Assembly (NCBI GenBank): GCA_035717985.1
Contig: DASTHW010000016.1
Coordinates: 65,859-129,858, forward strand
Length of the DNA stretch: 64,000 nucleotides
Reading direction: 5' to 3'
DNA from: Candidatus Saccharimonadales bacterium
Lineage (GTDB): Bacteria > Patescibacteriota > Saccharimonadia > Saccharimonadales > UBA10212
The translations under genes were made by a program, and so were the position numbers. Positions 63,259-64,000 of this stretch are shown here, one piece after another. The notes below the pieces were generated by a model. That model was not told the DNA's origin, ran no database searches, and saw nothing but the letters and a program-made list of their open reading frames with translations. Within the stretch, counting starts at the first letter, position 1, and the number at the start of each line of letters is the position of its first letter.

Positions 63259-64000
63259 CTAGTCGGCGGTGCGCCAGGTCATAACGGCGCCCGCCTTGAT
63301 TACCGGGTAGGCGTTTACGCTGGTAGTCTTTTGGGCAAACTGGAAGTTTAGGCTACCAGCTGTTGAGCCGTTACGGATAAAGCCTCTGACTTGGATGAAG
63401 TTAACTGCACTTGCTGTGACAAGTGAGCAGACCTGCCCAGATGAAATTATGTTACATGTAATATTGCCAGAGAGATTACTGTAGTTAGATGTTGAAATAT
63501 TGAGTGCGGCGCCCGTCGGAACCGTGAATGTATAGTTACCTAAAGAGTTATTTACGTCAGAGTCATCAACCGGTATCCAGGCGTCTATCACGTAATTGGT
63601 ATTGGCGGCCATGCTGAAACTCAGCGTATTATCATTCTGCATAGTGGTGCTGGTGGTAGACTGATCAGCTGTCTTGGTTATCTCGTTAAAGCCGGTCATA
63701 CAATCTCGCCAGGTGCCGTCGTAGCAACGGAACTTACCTTTGGTTGAGTTATAGTACATGGCGCCGGTCAACCCTGTTGGGTCAGCGGCGCTGGAGTAGT
63801 TATCAAGCACTAGAATAATTGGATTGCTGGAATGACCGGTGGAACTACCAATTTGAACACTATTATTGGCGGTTTCTACCGATAATAGCAGGCTACCTAG
63901 GCCGCCGGCATTACTGGCCCGAACACCAAATATCTCACCGGCCAGGGAGGTATCAGCATCTTGGATATCAAAACCGCCCCGAGTGCTATCGACTTTGACT
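63259..64000 (-). CDS. C-terminal part of a larger beta-rich surface protein (N-terminus beyond the window end)
   Basis: The track starts it at GTG 63810, but my hand translation shows the frame stays open to 64000 (...VKVDSTRGGFDIQDADTSLAGEIFGVRASNAGGLGSLLLSVETANNSVQIGSSTGHSSNPIILVLDNYSS...). Confidence 0.6.
   Translation of the reverse strand, partial: VKVDSTRGGFDIQDADTSLAGEIFGVRASNAGGLGSLLLSVETANNSVQIGSSTGHSSNPIILVLDNYSSAADPTGLTGAMYYNSTKGKFRCYDGTWRDCMTGFNEITKTADQSTTSTTMQNDNTLSFSMAANTNYVIDAWIPVDDSDVNNSLGNYTFTVPTGAALNISTSNYSNLSGNITCNIISSGQVCSLVTASAVNFIQVRGFIRNGSTAGSLNFQFAQKTTSVNAYPVIKAGAVMTWRTAD

Noticed and set aside
1-64000. Searched by eye for tRNA, rRNA, tmRNA, RNase P and SRP RNA signatures, CRISPR repeats, IS elements with inverted repeats, and integrases.
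   Set aside because: Intergenic gaps are nearly all under 160 nt and none shows cloverleaf ends, conserved ncRNA boxes or periodic repeats. GGTTCGA-like strings at 49661 and 49751 lie inside cassette ORFs. A computational scan (tRNAscan-SE, Infernal) is still needed.

Overview
Gene-dense bacterial chromosome segment, about 90% coding and roughly 48-50% GC by hand counts. The gene set is streamlined and monoderm-type: an LCP ligase, FtsEX with a coiled-coil/CHAP hydrolase, class I LysRS, a short EF-Ts and many membrane-anchored orphan proteins. This fits a Patescibacteria/CPR (Saccharibacteria-like) genome best, but that assignment is low confidence. The genetic code is standard: RF2 is present and TGA is used as a stop, for example at the carA/carB ATGA overlap.

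Content in order:
- partial GH1 beta-glucosidase and a 511-aa orphan
- de novo pyrimidine block (carA-carB-pyrD convergent with NYN-pyrB-pyrC; pyrG lies further on)
- block of small accessory enzymes (VOC, GNAT, two PNPOx-like, S51, SDR)
- glyQS, HD, recO, and a degenerate kinase plus receiver pair
- methyltransferases, rpmA, and an orphan gene pair
- pyrG, ctpA, CHAP hydrolase, ftsX-ftsE, prfB, M16 peptidase, secA, serS
- Fe-S PD-(D/E)XK nuclease, a heliorhodopsin-like 7-TM protein, and a YggT-like protein
- small enzymes (PEBP, msrA, DUF427, mpg), then lysK, greA, proS, CPBP, rseP, frr
- a high-GC cassette, then tsf, rpsB, rpmE, prfA-prmC, htrA, LCP, lepB, parB-parA
- a glycine-rich secreted protein cluster

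I recognised no rRNA, tRNA, CRISPR array, transposase or integrase.

Three things stand out:
1. A ~1.65-kb plus-strand cassette (48534-50152) is 65-73% GC. It carries its own AT-rich sigma70 promoters, four SD-led hydrophobic micro-ORFs and a complete CDP-alcohol phosphatidyltransferase. It sits exactly where pyrH is expected in the conserved rpsB-tsf-pyrH-frr operon.
2. A heliorhodopsin-like protein (38111-38905) has Gln at the retinal Schiff-base lysine position and Gly at the counter-ion position.
3. There are several regulatory oddities: a terminator that sequesters the SD and abuts the carA start, a structured rpmE leader, and recurrent TATAAT-N6-9-ATG arrangements that suggest leaderless mRNAs.

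All coordinates of hairpins and motifs were counted by hand. All family assignments rest on motif recognition from memory, not on searches.
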